A stretch of DNA of 64,000 nucleotides. Origin: Bdellovibrionota bacterium. Its GTDB lineage: Bacteria > Bdellovibrionota_C > UBA2361 > JAAYZI01. A model generated the notes under the pieces. It was not told the DNA's origin, did no database searches, and saw nothing but the letters and a program-made list of their open reading frames with translations. Within the stretch, counting starts at the first letter, position 1, and every line of letters starts with the position of its first letter. The position numbers and the translations under genes were made by a program. Positions 18,735-28,501 of this stretch are shown piece after piece. Location: positions 672,001-736,000 of the forward strand of contig JBMNIF010000002.1 in the NCBI GenBank assembly GCA_050950765.1, in the 5' to 3' direction.

Positions 18735-19928
18735 ATGATGGCTAGTGTAAATAACGATCTGGGTTCTGCCGAATACGTTGATGATGGCGTTTTTTCCGGA
18801 GTAAGTACTTTGTGTGAAAAAGGTGTTCAGGATGGAACTTTTCCAGGTTGTGTAATTTCAGTTGCTGTCGGTGGTCGCGAATTATATAAGCGTGCCTTTG
18901 GAGTAAAATCTTTAATTAGAGAGAAAGATGAAGCTCCGCTACCGATGCACCTTTCAACTGTCTTTGATATCGCTTCAGTTACAAATGTGCTTGTAACAAC
19001 CACCATTTTGATGAGGTTGGTGCAAAGTGGTCGCATCGGACTTGATGATCGGGTCTTAAGATATATTCAAAGTTTTGGAGTAAACGGTAAATCCACTATT
19101 ACTATTAGACACCTTTTAAATCACTCTTCTGGTTTGCCCTCTTGGGTGCCGTATTTTGAAGAGTTAATACGTTTACACGAAGGTGAGAGACGGGGCATTT
19201 TAACCAGTAGTGGTGCTAAAGAATACGTCTATAACGCCATCAATAGAGCACAGTTAAAGTTTGAACCAGGAACAAAGCAGGTTTATAGCGATGTCGGTTT
19301 TATCTTGTTAGGTCATTTGATTGAGATCGTAACAGGTACAAAGTTAGATCGAGCTGCGCAACAATACGTTTTTCAACCTTTGGGGCTGAAGAGCACTAGC
19401 TTTATTGATCTAGCAATGATTAGACGTAGAGGGATTCATCCAGTTAAAGATATGATCGCTCCGACGGAAGATTGTCAGTGGCGCGGTCGGGTCTTATGCG
19501 GTGAAGTCTTTGATGATAACGCTTGGGCAATGGGTGGAATCACTGGTAATAGCGGAGTTTTTAGTAGTCAAGCTGATCTACACACCTTTGCTGTTAAGAT
19601 GTTGCGCTCTTATACAGGACAAGATGATTTTGTTAGCCGAGATGTGGTGCGAGAGTTTTGGGGTGATGCAGAGATCTCTGCGGGGGATGGTTGGCGCTTA
19701 GGCTGGGATTCTCCAAGTAAAGAAAATGCTCTGTCTGAAACAAAATTATCACCGAATGCTGTTGGACAAAATGGTGCCTCTGGTTGTTCGATCTGGTTGG
19801 AGCCGGAGAGAGGGATCGATATTGTTTTACTTTCAAATAAGGTACATCCTTCAAGATCTAATAAGAAGTTGCGTACTTTCAGACCTATTTTGATTGATGC
19901 AATTTTAACAACACTTGAAAAGTTGTAG
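18735..19928 (+). CDS. Beta-lactamase class C / serine hydrolase family protein (degenerate active site)
   Basis: FPGCV, FDIAS, LLNHSSGLP, YSDVGF, PLGL motifs. SxxK reads SVTN. Confidence 0.88.
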   Translation: MMASVNNDLGSAEYVDDGVFSGVSTLCEKGVQDGTFPGCVISVAVGGRELYKRAFGVKSLIREKDEAPLPMHLSTVFDIASVTNVLVTTTILMRLVQSGRIGLDDRVLRYIQSFGVNGKSTITIRHLLNHSSGLPSWVPYFEELIRLHEGERRGILTSSGAKEYVYNAINRAQLKFEPGTKQVYSDVGFILLGHLIEIVTGTKLDRAAQQYVFQPLGLKSTSFIDLAMIRRRGIHPVKDMIAPTEDCQWRGRVLCGEVFDDNAWAMGGITGNSGVFSSQADLHTFAVKMLRSYTGQDDFVSRDVVREFWGDAEISAGDGWRLGWDSPSKENALSETKLSPNAVGQNGASGCSIWLEPERGIDIVLLSNKVHPSRSNKKLRTFRPILIDAILTTLEKL

Positions 19929-20025
19929 CTACCGTCAATAATATTTTTTTGTGTAAAGTAGTGTAGTTTCCTTAGTAGGAATATCTTTTTTTTAATTTTA
20001 TAAGAAGCGCAAGAAAGGTGTCGTC

Positions 20026-21093
20026 ATGTGGACAAGATTAGAAGAGGTGGAAAAGAGATTTGAAGAGTTGGGAAAAGAGCTTTCCTCTCCCGATATTGCG
20101 AATGATGTGCAGGCATTAAAAAAATATTCTAAAGAGCATAAAGATTTAAGTGAGATCGTTGAGACGTTCAGACAATATAAAAAAGTTAAGACCGAGATTG
20201 AAGATAGTAAAGAGCTACTTTCAGGTGGTGATGCTGATCTGGCAGCACTTGCTAAAGAAGAGTTGTCAGAGCTGCAGGAAGAGTTACAAGAGTTGGAGGA
20301 TAGATTAAAAGTCTTACTTTTGCCGAAAGATCCTAACGATGAAAAAGATGTTATTTTAGAGATTCGTGCTGGTGCTGGTGGTGATGAAGCAGCTCTTTTT
20401 GCAGCGGAACTATTCAGATTGTATTGTCGTTATGCTGAACAACGTGGTTGGAAAGTGGATATCATGGGGATAAGTGAAGCTTCTTCGGGTGGATATAAGG
20501 AGGTCTTAGCAACGATCAGTGGAGATTCCGTTTTTAGCAGATTAAAATTTGAACGTGGTGTGCATCGTGTGCAACGTGTGCCTGTAACTGAGACTCAAGG
20601 AAGGATACATACTTCGACGGTTACGGTAGCAGTTTTACCAGAAGCTGAAGATGTTGATATTGAGTTGCTTGATAAAGATCTAAGAATTGATGTTTATCGT
20701 GCCGGTGGACCAGGGGGACAGTGTGTTAATACAACTGATTCGGCAGTGCGCATTACGCATATACCTACGGGAATGGTGGTTGCGATTCAGGATGAAAAGT
20801 CTCAACATAAAAATAAGGAAAAAGCTTTAAAATTGTTACGTGCCAGACTCCTTGAGAAAAAACAGGAAGAGGCTGATGCCGAGAGGCGTGATGATAGACG
20901 TAGCCAAGTCGGAACGGGAGATCGTTCAGAAAAAATTAGAACTTATAACTTTCCACAGTCGCGTATAACTGATCACAGGATAGGGTTGACCATTCATTCT
21001 ATAGATCAGGTGATGATGGGGGATTTAAATCAGTTACTTGAACCGTTAATGGCTTACTACCAAGCGGAAGCATTAAAGGGCGGTAATGGTTAA
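20026..21093 (+). CDS. prfA: Peptide chain release factor 1
   Basis: PVT motif (QRVPVTE), GGQ, RTYNFPQ. Confidence 0.98.
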   Translation: MWTRLEEVEKRFEELGKELSSPDIANDVQALKKYSKEHKDLSEIVETFRQYKKVKTEIEDSKELLSGGDADLAALAKEELSELQEELQELEDRLKVLLLPKDPNDEKDVILEIRAGAGGDEAALFAAELFRLYCRYAEQRGWKVDIMGISEASSGGYKEVLATISGDSVFSRLKFERGVHRVQRVPVTETQGRIHTSTVTVAVLPEAEDVDIELLDKDLRIDVYRAGGPGGQCVNTTDSAVRITHIPTGMVVAIQDEKSQHKNKEKALKLLRARLLEKKQEEADAERRDDRRSQVGTGDRSEKIRTYNFPQSRITDHRIGLTIHSIDQVMMGDLNQLLEPLMAYYQAEALKGGNG

Positions 21094-21183
21094 TACTTTA
21101 AAGGGTAGGTATAAAAACTGCTCTTAAGGATTGTTGAAAGCGTGGATATGATTGCGTTTGCAAAGTAGAGATAAGAACTGATT

Positions 21184-22065
21184 ATGAACCAAAGTTACGA
21201 TGAGATACTAATATCTTCTGCGGCTGAATTGGTGGATTATTCAAGCACTCCACGTCTTGATGCTGAAATTTTACTTGCCTTAGCTCTCTCGATAGACCGC
21301 ACTACGTTGCACGCTAATTTAGATCAGAAGATCACCTCTGCTGAATACGATCGTTTCTGTGTTTTTCTTACAAGAAGAAAAGCTTTTGAGCCTATCGCCT
21401 ATATCGTAGGAAAAAAAGAGTTTTATGGTTTAGATTTTTTAGTTAATCGTTCTGTCTTGGTGCCACGCCCTGAAAGTGAATTGATTATAGAGAAAAGCTT
21501 ACGGTTTTTAGAAAATTACAACTCGGATCCTTTAACAGTTCTGGATTTAGGGACTGGTTCCGGTTGTTTGGCGGTTACTTTGGCAGTGGAGTTAAAAAAA
21601 CGGCAGAGGCGGGTTGATATCTTGGCGACGGATCTCTCTGGTGATGCTTTAGATATTGCTGCGGAGAATGCCTTGCGTCACGGTGTGACGGAAGATATAG
21701 CTTTTTTAGAAAGCTCATGGTTCTCTGCTTTAGATCAAAATGAAGATCTTTTTGATCTAATTATCTCCAATCCGCCGTATATCTCACTTAAAGAACAGAA
21801 CTTACCTCGTGACTTGCGCCATGAACCGCAAGAAGCTCTTTTTTCAGGCATTGACGGTTTAAATGATATCGAAGAATTGATTTCTAAGGCATCATCTTTT
21901 TTAAAAACAGGTGGACTCTTTCTTTGTGAGATCGGTGAATCTCAAAAAAGAGAGATAATGGAGCTTTTTTTGCAGATTAATCCGCAATTAAATACACCTT
22001 ATAAAGCCATCACCTTTTATAAAGACTTTGCGGGACGAGACCGCATCATGGCGTTAAAAGTTTGA
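21184..22065 (+). CDS. prmC: Release factor glutamine methyltransferase
   Basis: EPIAYI, VLVPRPESE, LDLGTGSG, NPPY. Directly follows prfA. Confidence 0.96.
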   Translation: MNQSYDEILISSAAELVDYSSTPRLDAEILLALALSIDRTTLHANLDQKITSAEYDRFCVFLTRRKAFEPIAYIVGKKEFYGLDFLVNRSVLVPRPESELIIEKSLRFLENYNSDPLTVLDLGTGSGCLAVTLAVELKKRQRRVDILATDLSGDALDIAAENALRHGVTEDIAFLESSWFSALDQNEDLFDLIISNPPYISLKEQNLPRDLRHEPQEALFSGIDGLNDIEELISKASSFLKTGGLFLCEIGESQKREIMELFLQINPQLNTPYKAITFYKDFAGRDRIMALKV

Positions 22066-22109
22066 TCGATCTCTTAACGCAGAAGTAGAGCCTACCTAAA
22101 ATTAACGCA

Positions 22110-23237
22110 TTATGATTTCTGCAAGATAAAGTCTTTACCGTGTAGCGTTGTGTTTAGCGGTTCTATAACAACCTCTCTATCTTTTGCCTCTTCAATCTCA
22201 CCTGCGATTACACCATTTAAGTTTACTGTTTTTGCAAGTTCCACAGCTTTTTCTGCACTTGCTTGATCGGGAAGATAAACAGCAAGCCCTGCACCGTAGT
22301 TAAATATCTCAACCATGCGTGAAGGTGGTGTGTTGCTGTGTTCTTCGATAAAGGAAAATACTTCTGGAACGGGTAGCATCTTGTTTATAACGTAGCGATA
22401 CGGTTTCGCCGAACGCATTAACTTTTGCCAACCGTGACCTGTAATGTTTTCAATGTTTGTAGGTTTTATTCCAGCCTTGAGGAGGGTCTGAACGTAAGGG
22501 GTATAAAGTTTTGAACCACGATTTATAGCACGCCAGTACTCTTCACCACTTGGCAAAGTTGTGCGATAACCGTGAGGCAAGCGGCTTGCTAATTCGCGCA
22601 GTGCTGTAAAACCGTTTTCATGGGGACCAGAGCTTTCGATAAAAACGATCTTGTCTCCAGCTTTAATGGCGTTGCTACTAATCGGGGAGAGTCCCGCTGG
22701 CATAAGTCCGAAAAGTGCCCCTGCGATATCGAGTTTGTCTGTAACGATTTTATTCTTAAGTTGTGGTGTTTCTCCCGAAAAATAAACGCACTTTACAAGG
22801 CGGCAGCCATCTACGAAACCATCAAGAAAGCCTTTTAAAAACTCTTCATTAAAAACTATCTCGGGTGAGCTGCTCGGTAGGTAAAGCCCGAGTAGAATAG
22901 TTTGTAGCCCTGAAGCAGCAGCATCATTGGTTAGTGCAGACATCATCTTTGTAGCGATGTTATACCAGAATTCGTATTGTTCAGATTTTGAGAGATCTTC
23001 AGGGCGGGCATCATCAGCTGTGCCCAAGCCTTCTGGAAGGAGGGTGATATAGAGATTTTCCGCGCCTGATCTGATGTATGGCGCAAGGTTTAGGGAAAAG
23101 ATATTAGCGCTAGCGCCGAGTTTCGTATCAGGCACGAAGCCGAAATCTTCAGCGAACGTTAATGTACGTCGTGCTGCTTCAATAAAAGCCTGTTTGGCGC
23201 GGTCAAGTACGTTATATTCAACTTGATCTAATGTCAT
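22110..23237 (-). CDS. Divergent PurM / AIR synthase-like protein
   Basis: EGLGT, ND, GETP, GDKIVFIESSGPHENG, NITGHGW, FNYGAG. Confidence 0.8.
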   Translation of the reverse strand: MTLDQVEYNVLDRAKQAFIEAARRTLTFAEDFGFVPDTKLGASANIFSLNLAPYIRSGAENLYITLLPEGLGTADDARPEDLSKSEQYEFWYNIATKMMSALTNDAAASGLQTILLGLYLPSSSPEIVFNEEFLKGFLDGFVDGCRLVKCVYFSGETPQLKNKIVTDKLDIAGALFGLMPAGLSPISSNAIKAGDKIVFIESSGPHENGFTALRELASRLPHGYRTTLPSGEEYWRAINRGSKLYTPYVQTLLKAGIKPTNIENITGHGWQKLMRSAKPYRYVINKMLPVPEVFSFIEEHSNTPPSRMVEIFNYGAGLAVYLPDQASAEKAVELAKTVNLNGVIAGEIEEAKDREVVIEPLNTTLHGKDFILQKS

Positions 23238-23526
23238 GCTAATACCTCACAATAATATAGTAAGAAATATAGTAAGAGCTGTTTTAAAGTAAAAATACAC
23301 TTTTGTTATTAAGTTTAAAACAGATCCTTGCTTTGATTCAAGGTTGTTAAGAACCATTAGGGGGGCTTATGGCTCAAAAATAATGTCACTTTTTGAGGCG
23401 ATGCGGGGTGTTGTATAAGTTCTGAAGGAATACCATTACAAATTCGGGGGGTAAAACGTTATAAAAACAGAGCTACCTGTATAATTTATACTTGAATCAT
23501 AGAAACGGGAGGGGTAGGTTAAGTTT

Positions 23527-24018
23527 ATGGTATTTAATAAAGTCAAAAAATTTCCAGGTTTAAAGATGAAGAAACTTGCAGGTGGCAAACATCCTGTAAA
23601 GTTAGTAGAGGAGTTTATTACTAAGCGCGGCTTCGATCCGAACGTTTGTCTTAGTGAAAAAACAGCCGATACTGTGCGTTGGATGCTTAAACTTGGTGAT
23701 GAAGAAGAGCTTGAAGTTTTAGTCGAAGGTTTAACGAAACCGGCAGAAACTACTATTTATATGGGGGTGAATATCGCAACCGTACCTATTCGGGGTGCCC
23801 TTGATATGTTGGTTTCGGCGTTAGAGATTGCAGATGGGTTGGTTGGGATAAAAGTTAGTTTAGTCGGACATTTTCTAGTATTAAGTGCCAGCTTAGGACT
23901 CTCCGGAGTTTCAGTAGATGATCTAGAGTATAATTATAACCTAATCGAGGCGCAACAAGCTTGGTTTAAAAACGCTCTTTCCGAAGAGTTAGGGTTAGAA
24001 AATTTCTCAGAAGAATAA
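23527..24018 (+). CDS. YbjN / CesT-like (type III chaperone fold) protein
   Basis: Small acidic protein with the strand-helix-strand-terminal helix pattern of YbjN-like proteins (DMLVSALEIAD..KVSLVGHFLVL..SVDDLE). Confidence 0.55.
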   Translation: MVFNKVKKFPGLKMKKLAGGKHPVKLVEEFITKRGFDPNVCLSEKTADTVRWMLKLGDEEELEVLVEGLTKPAETTIYMGVNIATVPIRGALDMLVSALEIADGLVGIKVSLVGHFLVLSASLGLSGVSVDDLEYNYNLIEAQQAWFKNALSEELGLENFSEE

Positions 24019-24180
24019 TTTTACTATGCGCCTTTAAGTGGGAGAGGAAAAAATGCTCTTTCCGAAGAGTTAGGATTAGAAAATTTCTCAGAAGAATAAT
24101 TTTACTATGCGCCTTTAAGTGGGAGAGGAAAAAATGCTCTTTCTGAAGAGTTAGGATTAGAAAATTTCTCTGAAGAATAA
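23968..24180. repeat. 81-bp tandem repeat (~2.6 copies) copying the 3' end of the 163-aa gene
   Basis: gctcttt at 23974, 24055 and 24136, with few substitutions. Confidence 0.95.
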
Positions 24181-24219
24181 ACTAAACATAGATCCTCAAG
24201 GGGGGAAAAAATTTTTACG

Positions 24220-25884
24220 TTATAACCGTGGGCGTGGTAAGATGTATTGAGTTACCAGTTCTTCATTTTTCGCTTGTAGTTCGAGGTTTTTGATTAAGAT
24301 TGCTGGTGAGATGGTTGAAACGGGGATGATTCCTGATTCAGCACCGCAGTAGTGATTCTCCAGAATCTGTTCATCTCCAACAGCGATGATGCTACTTAAT
24401 GCTTGTAGAGGGGTTCCGACAAAATTTACTCCGCGCACTACATATTCGCGACCTGTTTTTGTAACAAGGGTAGCGTAAGAAATTTCACCTGAAAAAGCTT
24501 GGAAATCGTATTTTGTCGTATCAGTTTCTCCACCAGCAGTTTCATATACGATCATACCAAACGGTTTCTTCTGTGCTCGAATCTCTTCTATTAGTTTCTG
24601 CTTCAACTCATCCCACGTGACGGGGTTTTTGCCTTTTACGATCGTTACGGCCATACGGCTAATGGGACGTTGATACTTTCGACTGCGTGCGTGTCCGTTT
24701 AAGGTGTTATTTGGAACGGGGATGGCAGCGCGTGAGTTTAAAAATCCCGTTAATGCACCGTCTTGTACTAACTTTGCTTCGGCAGCAGGAGTGCCTTCAT
24801 CATCGAAATCATACGCTCCTATACAACCGCGACTTTTAAAGCGTGTAACTGTGGGATCGTCCGAGATGTCTAGAGGAACTTCAATAATCTTTTGTCCGAC
24901 CTTCCCCTTAAAAGTTTGTCCTTCGCCACTGAAGAGAAGGCGATTCCCTTCAAGTCTGTGTCCGATAGCTTCGTGAAAGAGTAGCCCCGCTGGTTTTTGA
25001 GCAAGTAGTACCGGTCCTGAGAAGGAGTGAATTCGTTTTGAATGTATAAGATTTAGGAGTTGCTTATGTTTTTCAAGGATCAGTTTTTTAAATTGTTTAG
25101 CAGTGGGGAGCTCTTTTTGTGTTGTTACATGGAAAACTAAATTTTGCTCGATATTTACCCCCTCTTTTGTGAGATTGCGCATTACTGCAAATAGGGAAAA
25201 AATTCTAAAGTGACGCACGATGATACGATTTTCTGTACTAACGAAAAGTTTTGTTTCTTGAGAAGTATCAAACTCAACCCAGCTGGTGGAAACTTTTGGT
25301 AGCTCTGCGATCCACTTTGAAGCTGTTTTGCAGAAATTAACCCACTTATTTTCATCTAAGGTTTCTAGTCGTGAGTATTTAACATCATAACAAGGTGGTA
25401 GCTTTGTAAAGGAGGCATATTTACCGTTTTCATCAACCGTAGAAACGCGAGCGGCTTCTTTTTCACTGTAATCAGTTAAGGCTTCACGAAATTTTGCTTC
25501 GGAAAGACGCCATAACGCCAAGCGTAAAGCATCGTGACACTTAGTATCGATCGGTAACGTGATGTGATTGATCGATTCCAACTCATCATCGTTATCAAAG
25601 AGTCCGCCGTTTGTAGTCTGGTCTCTCTTATAACTATTAACTCTGATATCGGCGTAAACGTTACGGGTGTGATCAGATCTTTTGCGGTAGACAGAACCGC
25701 TACTAGCCCAAGTGTTAAACCATTCAATGTCACGTAATAAAAAAGAGCAGTAGTATGGAGACGGAAAACCGCGAACCTTCATCTTTAAGGTTCTTTTGCT
25801 GTCTTTACGCAAAATGGGGATTAACATATCTATTGTCGAACGGTCTAACATATTAAATCCGATAAAAATCCTAAAAAATAACAC
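24220..25884 (-). CDS. TldD/PmbA family metalloprotease (TldD-like)
   Basis: LFHEAIGHRLEG, YDFDDEG, NGHAR, YCGAESG, VSTISP. Start may be ATG 25851. Confidence 0.9.
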   Translation of the reverse strand: MLFFRIFIGFNMLDRSTIDMLIPILRKDSKRTLKMKVRGFPSPYYCSFLLRDIEWFNTWASSGSVYRKRSDHTRNVYADIRVNSYKRDQTTNGGLFDNDDELESINHITLPIDTKCHDALRLALWRLSEAKFREALTDYSEKEAARVSTVDENGKYASFTKLPPCYDVKYSRLETLDENKWVNFCKTASKWIAELPKVSTSWVEFDTSQETKLFVSTENRIIVRHFRIFSLFAVMRNLTKEGVNIEQNLVFHVTTQKELPTAKQFKKLILEKHKQLLNLIHSKRIHSFSGPVLLAQKPAGLLFHEAIGHRLEGNRLLFSGEGQTFKGKVGQKIIEVPLDISDDPTVTRFKSRGCIGAYDFDDEGTPAAEAKLVQDGALTGFLNSRAAIPVPNNTLNGHARSRKYQRPISRMAVTIVKGKNPVTWDELKQKLIEEIRAQKKPFGMIVYETAGGETDTTKYDFQAFSGEISYATLVTKTGREYVVRGVNFVGTPLQALSSIIAVGDEQILENHYCGAESGIIPVSTISPAILIKNLELQAKNEELVTQYILPRPRL

Positions 25885-26339
25885 TTCGGCAAACGGTTAT
25901 ATCTCCATAGGAAGGTAAAAACATTGCTTCTTTGTTAGTGGTGACGTTCTATTTTGTCGGCATTCTAGGATAGAAAGTTAAATTTTTAAAGAGATTAAGG
26001 GGTTAGTAAAGATAGTGAAAGGTTAAAAAACATGAGAGGGGATGATTGTTGTAAGGGGGTTAAGTATTATAGCGCAGTTATTCGGCACCCCTGTTTTTAC
26101 TTTTAATTTACCTATCGAGGTAATGAAAGGCGTTTTATTAAAACCATGTTCCAAAAGATGTTGTGATATAGAGGTGCATTCAATAGTTATGAAAAAAGCA
26201 CAAGAGTTTTTATTGAGGAAAAAAGGAAGTCTTAAAAGCAAGAAAGTTCTCGGTGAGGAAAAAAATCTGTTGTGAATGGCAAAGGGGGTAAGGAAAAAAA
26301 TCGAGACCCTATATTTTAAATGAGTGAATGGTATAGGAG

Positions 26340-26372
26340 CCCTCCTTATTGAGATAATCCCAGTAAGGAGGG
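26340..26372. terminator. Hairpin downstream of SulP gene
   Basis: ccctccttattg ... cagtaaggaggg inverted repeat. Confidence 0.55.
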
Positions 26373-26417
26373 TGTGAGGTGTTTTATCCAGAGTTGTGAT
26401 GTTGGAATAGTTTTTCT

Positions 26418-28076
26418 TTATTGTGGTGTGCTGGCTTGTAGTTTGCTAGCAGCTATAATAGCTTGGTCAGCGCTCCAGAAGATATGATCTGCGCCGATAT
26501 CTTCTATTAAGCCACCTCTTTGCAACATCTCTTCTACTTTGGGGTTTAAGCCTGCTAACATCAATCCACCCCCTGCCGCCTGTAAACGATCGTTTAGTTT
26601 TTCAAGTACTCTTAGACCTGAAGAATCGATAAAGGGCATGCCGCGTATTGAAAGCACCAGATATTTTATGCCGTCAATATTAGCAAAGGCTTCATTGAAA
26701 TAACTTGTTGCTGCAAAGAAGAGTGGTCCATACAGGTAGGCAACTTTAATATTTTTACAACCGTGACAGACTTCAAGACCTTTTTTAATAAGCTTATCAC
26801 TATCAACATCTTCAATTACAATATCTATTTCAGAAACTTGGTTAAGGAAGATTAAAGCAGAAAATATAGATCCGACAAGGATAGCTTGTGTAAGATCCAA
26901 CACGATTGTAGCGAGTAGTGTAATTAAAAAGGCAGCAATTCCAGTTTTAAATTTCTTAGAAAAATAAAAATGGATAGCATCCCATTCATTCATGCGCCAA
27001 GCTGTAACTAATAGCACGCCTGCTAAGGCAGCCATCGGAACTTTTGAAATGATACCACTAAGTAAAAACATAGATGCCATTAAAATGATGGCGTGAATGA
27101 TGCTTGCCATGCGGGTTTGTCCACCGGAAGTAATACCGATAGAGCTACGTGCAATTGCTGCTGTGGCGGGTATGCCGCCCATAAAAGGAATTAAGATATT
27201 TCCGACACCTTGTGCTATTAACTCTTGGTTGGCACGTAATCTGATACCTGTCATATTACCGCCGACGGCTCCGCACAGTAAACTTTCAACCGCTCCTAAA
27301 GCTGCGATAGCCATAGCGGGAGCGATGAAGACCTGTAGATTATCCCACGGCATCTGAGAAAATGAAAAATGATCGTCAAGAAAAAGCGATCGCGGGATCT
27401 CTCCGATCTTAGCAATGGGGAGACTGAGCCCTTCACTTATTATAGTTGCTAAGATAATACCCACTAATGAAGATGGAACTTTAGCATTCCACTTTTTAGG
27501 CCAAAAGATCATAAAGGCGATAACAAGGCAACTTATTATCAAAGATGATGGATCAGGGGTTGGAAGCTCTTTAATATACCACAACACTTTGCCTACGGCG
27601 GTGGTTGTTGGTGCACTTTTAACACCAAAAAAATTATCGAGTTGTCCGAATACGATGGACAAAGCTATGCCGGAGGTAAACCCTGTAATAACAGGAGCCG
27701 GAACAAAAGCGATAAAGCGTCCTAATTTTAAAATACCGATCAGGAGTAAGAAGATACCGGCGAGTAGCCCAGCCACCCAGATCCCTTCCATCCCGTATTG
27801 TTGAGCAAGTGGAATTAGAATTGGACACATAGCACCGGTGGGACCTGAGATCTGATACGGTGCGCCGGAAAGGGCTCCGATAACTAAGCCTGCAACTATG
27901 GCTGTAACTAAACCTGCTGCTGCACTTGCTCCGGAAGCTGTACCAAAAGCCAAAGCTAAGGGTAGTGCGACAGCTGCTACGGTGCAGGCTGCAAAGAGGT
28001 CTTGGACAAATTTCTGTTTTGAATAATTACTAAACTCTCGGCGGTACAGTCCCACCAAACTGTGATCTTTTATCAT
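26418..28076 (-). CDS. SulP family inorganic anion transporter with STAS domain
   Basis: VALPLALAF, QISGPTGAM, NQELIAQG, PATAAIAR, GPLFFAA, FIDSSG. Confidence 0.96.
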   Translation of the reverse strand: MIKDHSLVGLYRREFSNYSKQKFVQDLFAACTVAAVALPLALAFGTASGASAAAGLVTAIVAGLVIGALSGAPYQISGPTGAMCPILIPLAQQYGMEGIWVAGLLAGIFLLLIGILKLGRFIAFVPAPVITGFTSGIALSIVFGQLDNFFGVKSAPTTTAVGKVLWYIKELPTPDPSSLIISCLVIAFMIFWPKKWNAKVPSSLVGIILATIISEGLSLPIAKIGEIPRSLFLDDHFSFSQMPWDNLQVFIAPAMAIAALGAVESLLCGAVGGNMTGIRLRANQELIAQGVGNILIPFMGGIPATAAIARSSIGITSGGQTRMASIIHAIILMASMFLLSGIISKVPMAALAGVLLVTAWRMNEWDAIHFYFSKKFKTGIAAFLITLLATIVLDLTQAILVGSIFSALIFLNQVSEIDIVIEDVDSDKLIKKGLEVCHGCKNIKVAYLYGPLFFAATSYFNEAFANIDGIKYLVLSIRGMPFIDSSGLRVLEKLNDRLQAAGGGLMLAGLNPKVEEMLQRGGLIEDIGADHIFWSADQAIIAASKLQASTPQ

Positions 28077-28237
28077 AATTTAACCTGTAAAGTAGTTTTT
28101 TGTGTTTTGTCTAAAATTACTGATTCCTGTTCGTACCGATCTTCCTTCTTGTACCGATTGTGCCGATTTTTTACCTGTAATCTTGACGCATTGGAAAAAT
28201 GAACTGCTTTGTGTTTATGCCATCTATGGATAGAAAA

Positions 28238-28396
28238 CTCAATATTGTTAGGTAAAAACTTCAAGGTAGCCGTCTTTAAGCTGAATGTTGTTAGGTAAAA
28301 AAACTTTAAGGTGCCTGTCTTTAAGCTCAATGTTGTTAGGTAAAAAAACTTCAAGGTGCCCGTCTTTAAACTGAATGTTGTTAAGTAAAAACTTCA
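28238..28396. repeat. 43-45-bp tandem repeat (~3.5 copies)
   Basis: tta(g/a)gtaaaaa at 28248, 28291, 28336 and 28381. Units alternate ctcaat/ctgaat. Confidence 0.92.
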
Positions 28397-28441
28397 CACT
28401 TAAAACGGATCGTAACAATTATGAGGATGAGATAAGTGATA

Positions 28442-28501
28442 TCAAGTGTGTTTACAAGGTTTGATAAAGGTAGCGGAAGGGGCTTCATCTATTTTTTTCA
28501 T
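28442..28501 (-). pseudogene. Probable 5' stub of a BsuBI/PstI-family restriction endonuclease
   Basis: ATGA overlap with the MTase stop. Reads MKKIDEA, then diverges and stops after 19 codons. Confidence 0.45.

Noticed and set aside
26023..26275. Overlapping 72/77-aa ORFs, possible transposase relic
   Set aside because: No convincing catalytic motif or inverted repeats.
28073..28354. 93-aa ORF with repeated KFFYLTT
   Set aside because: It is a translation of the 45-bp DNA repeat, with no recognisable protein features.
28238..28396. Possible CRISPR array
   Set aside because: Units are contiguous with no unique spacers, and no cas genes are present. The same applies to the 81-bp arrays.
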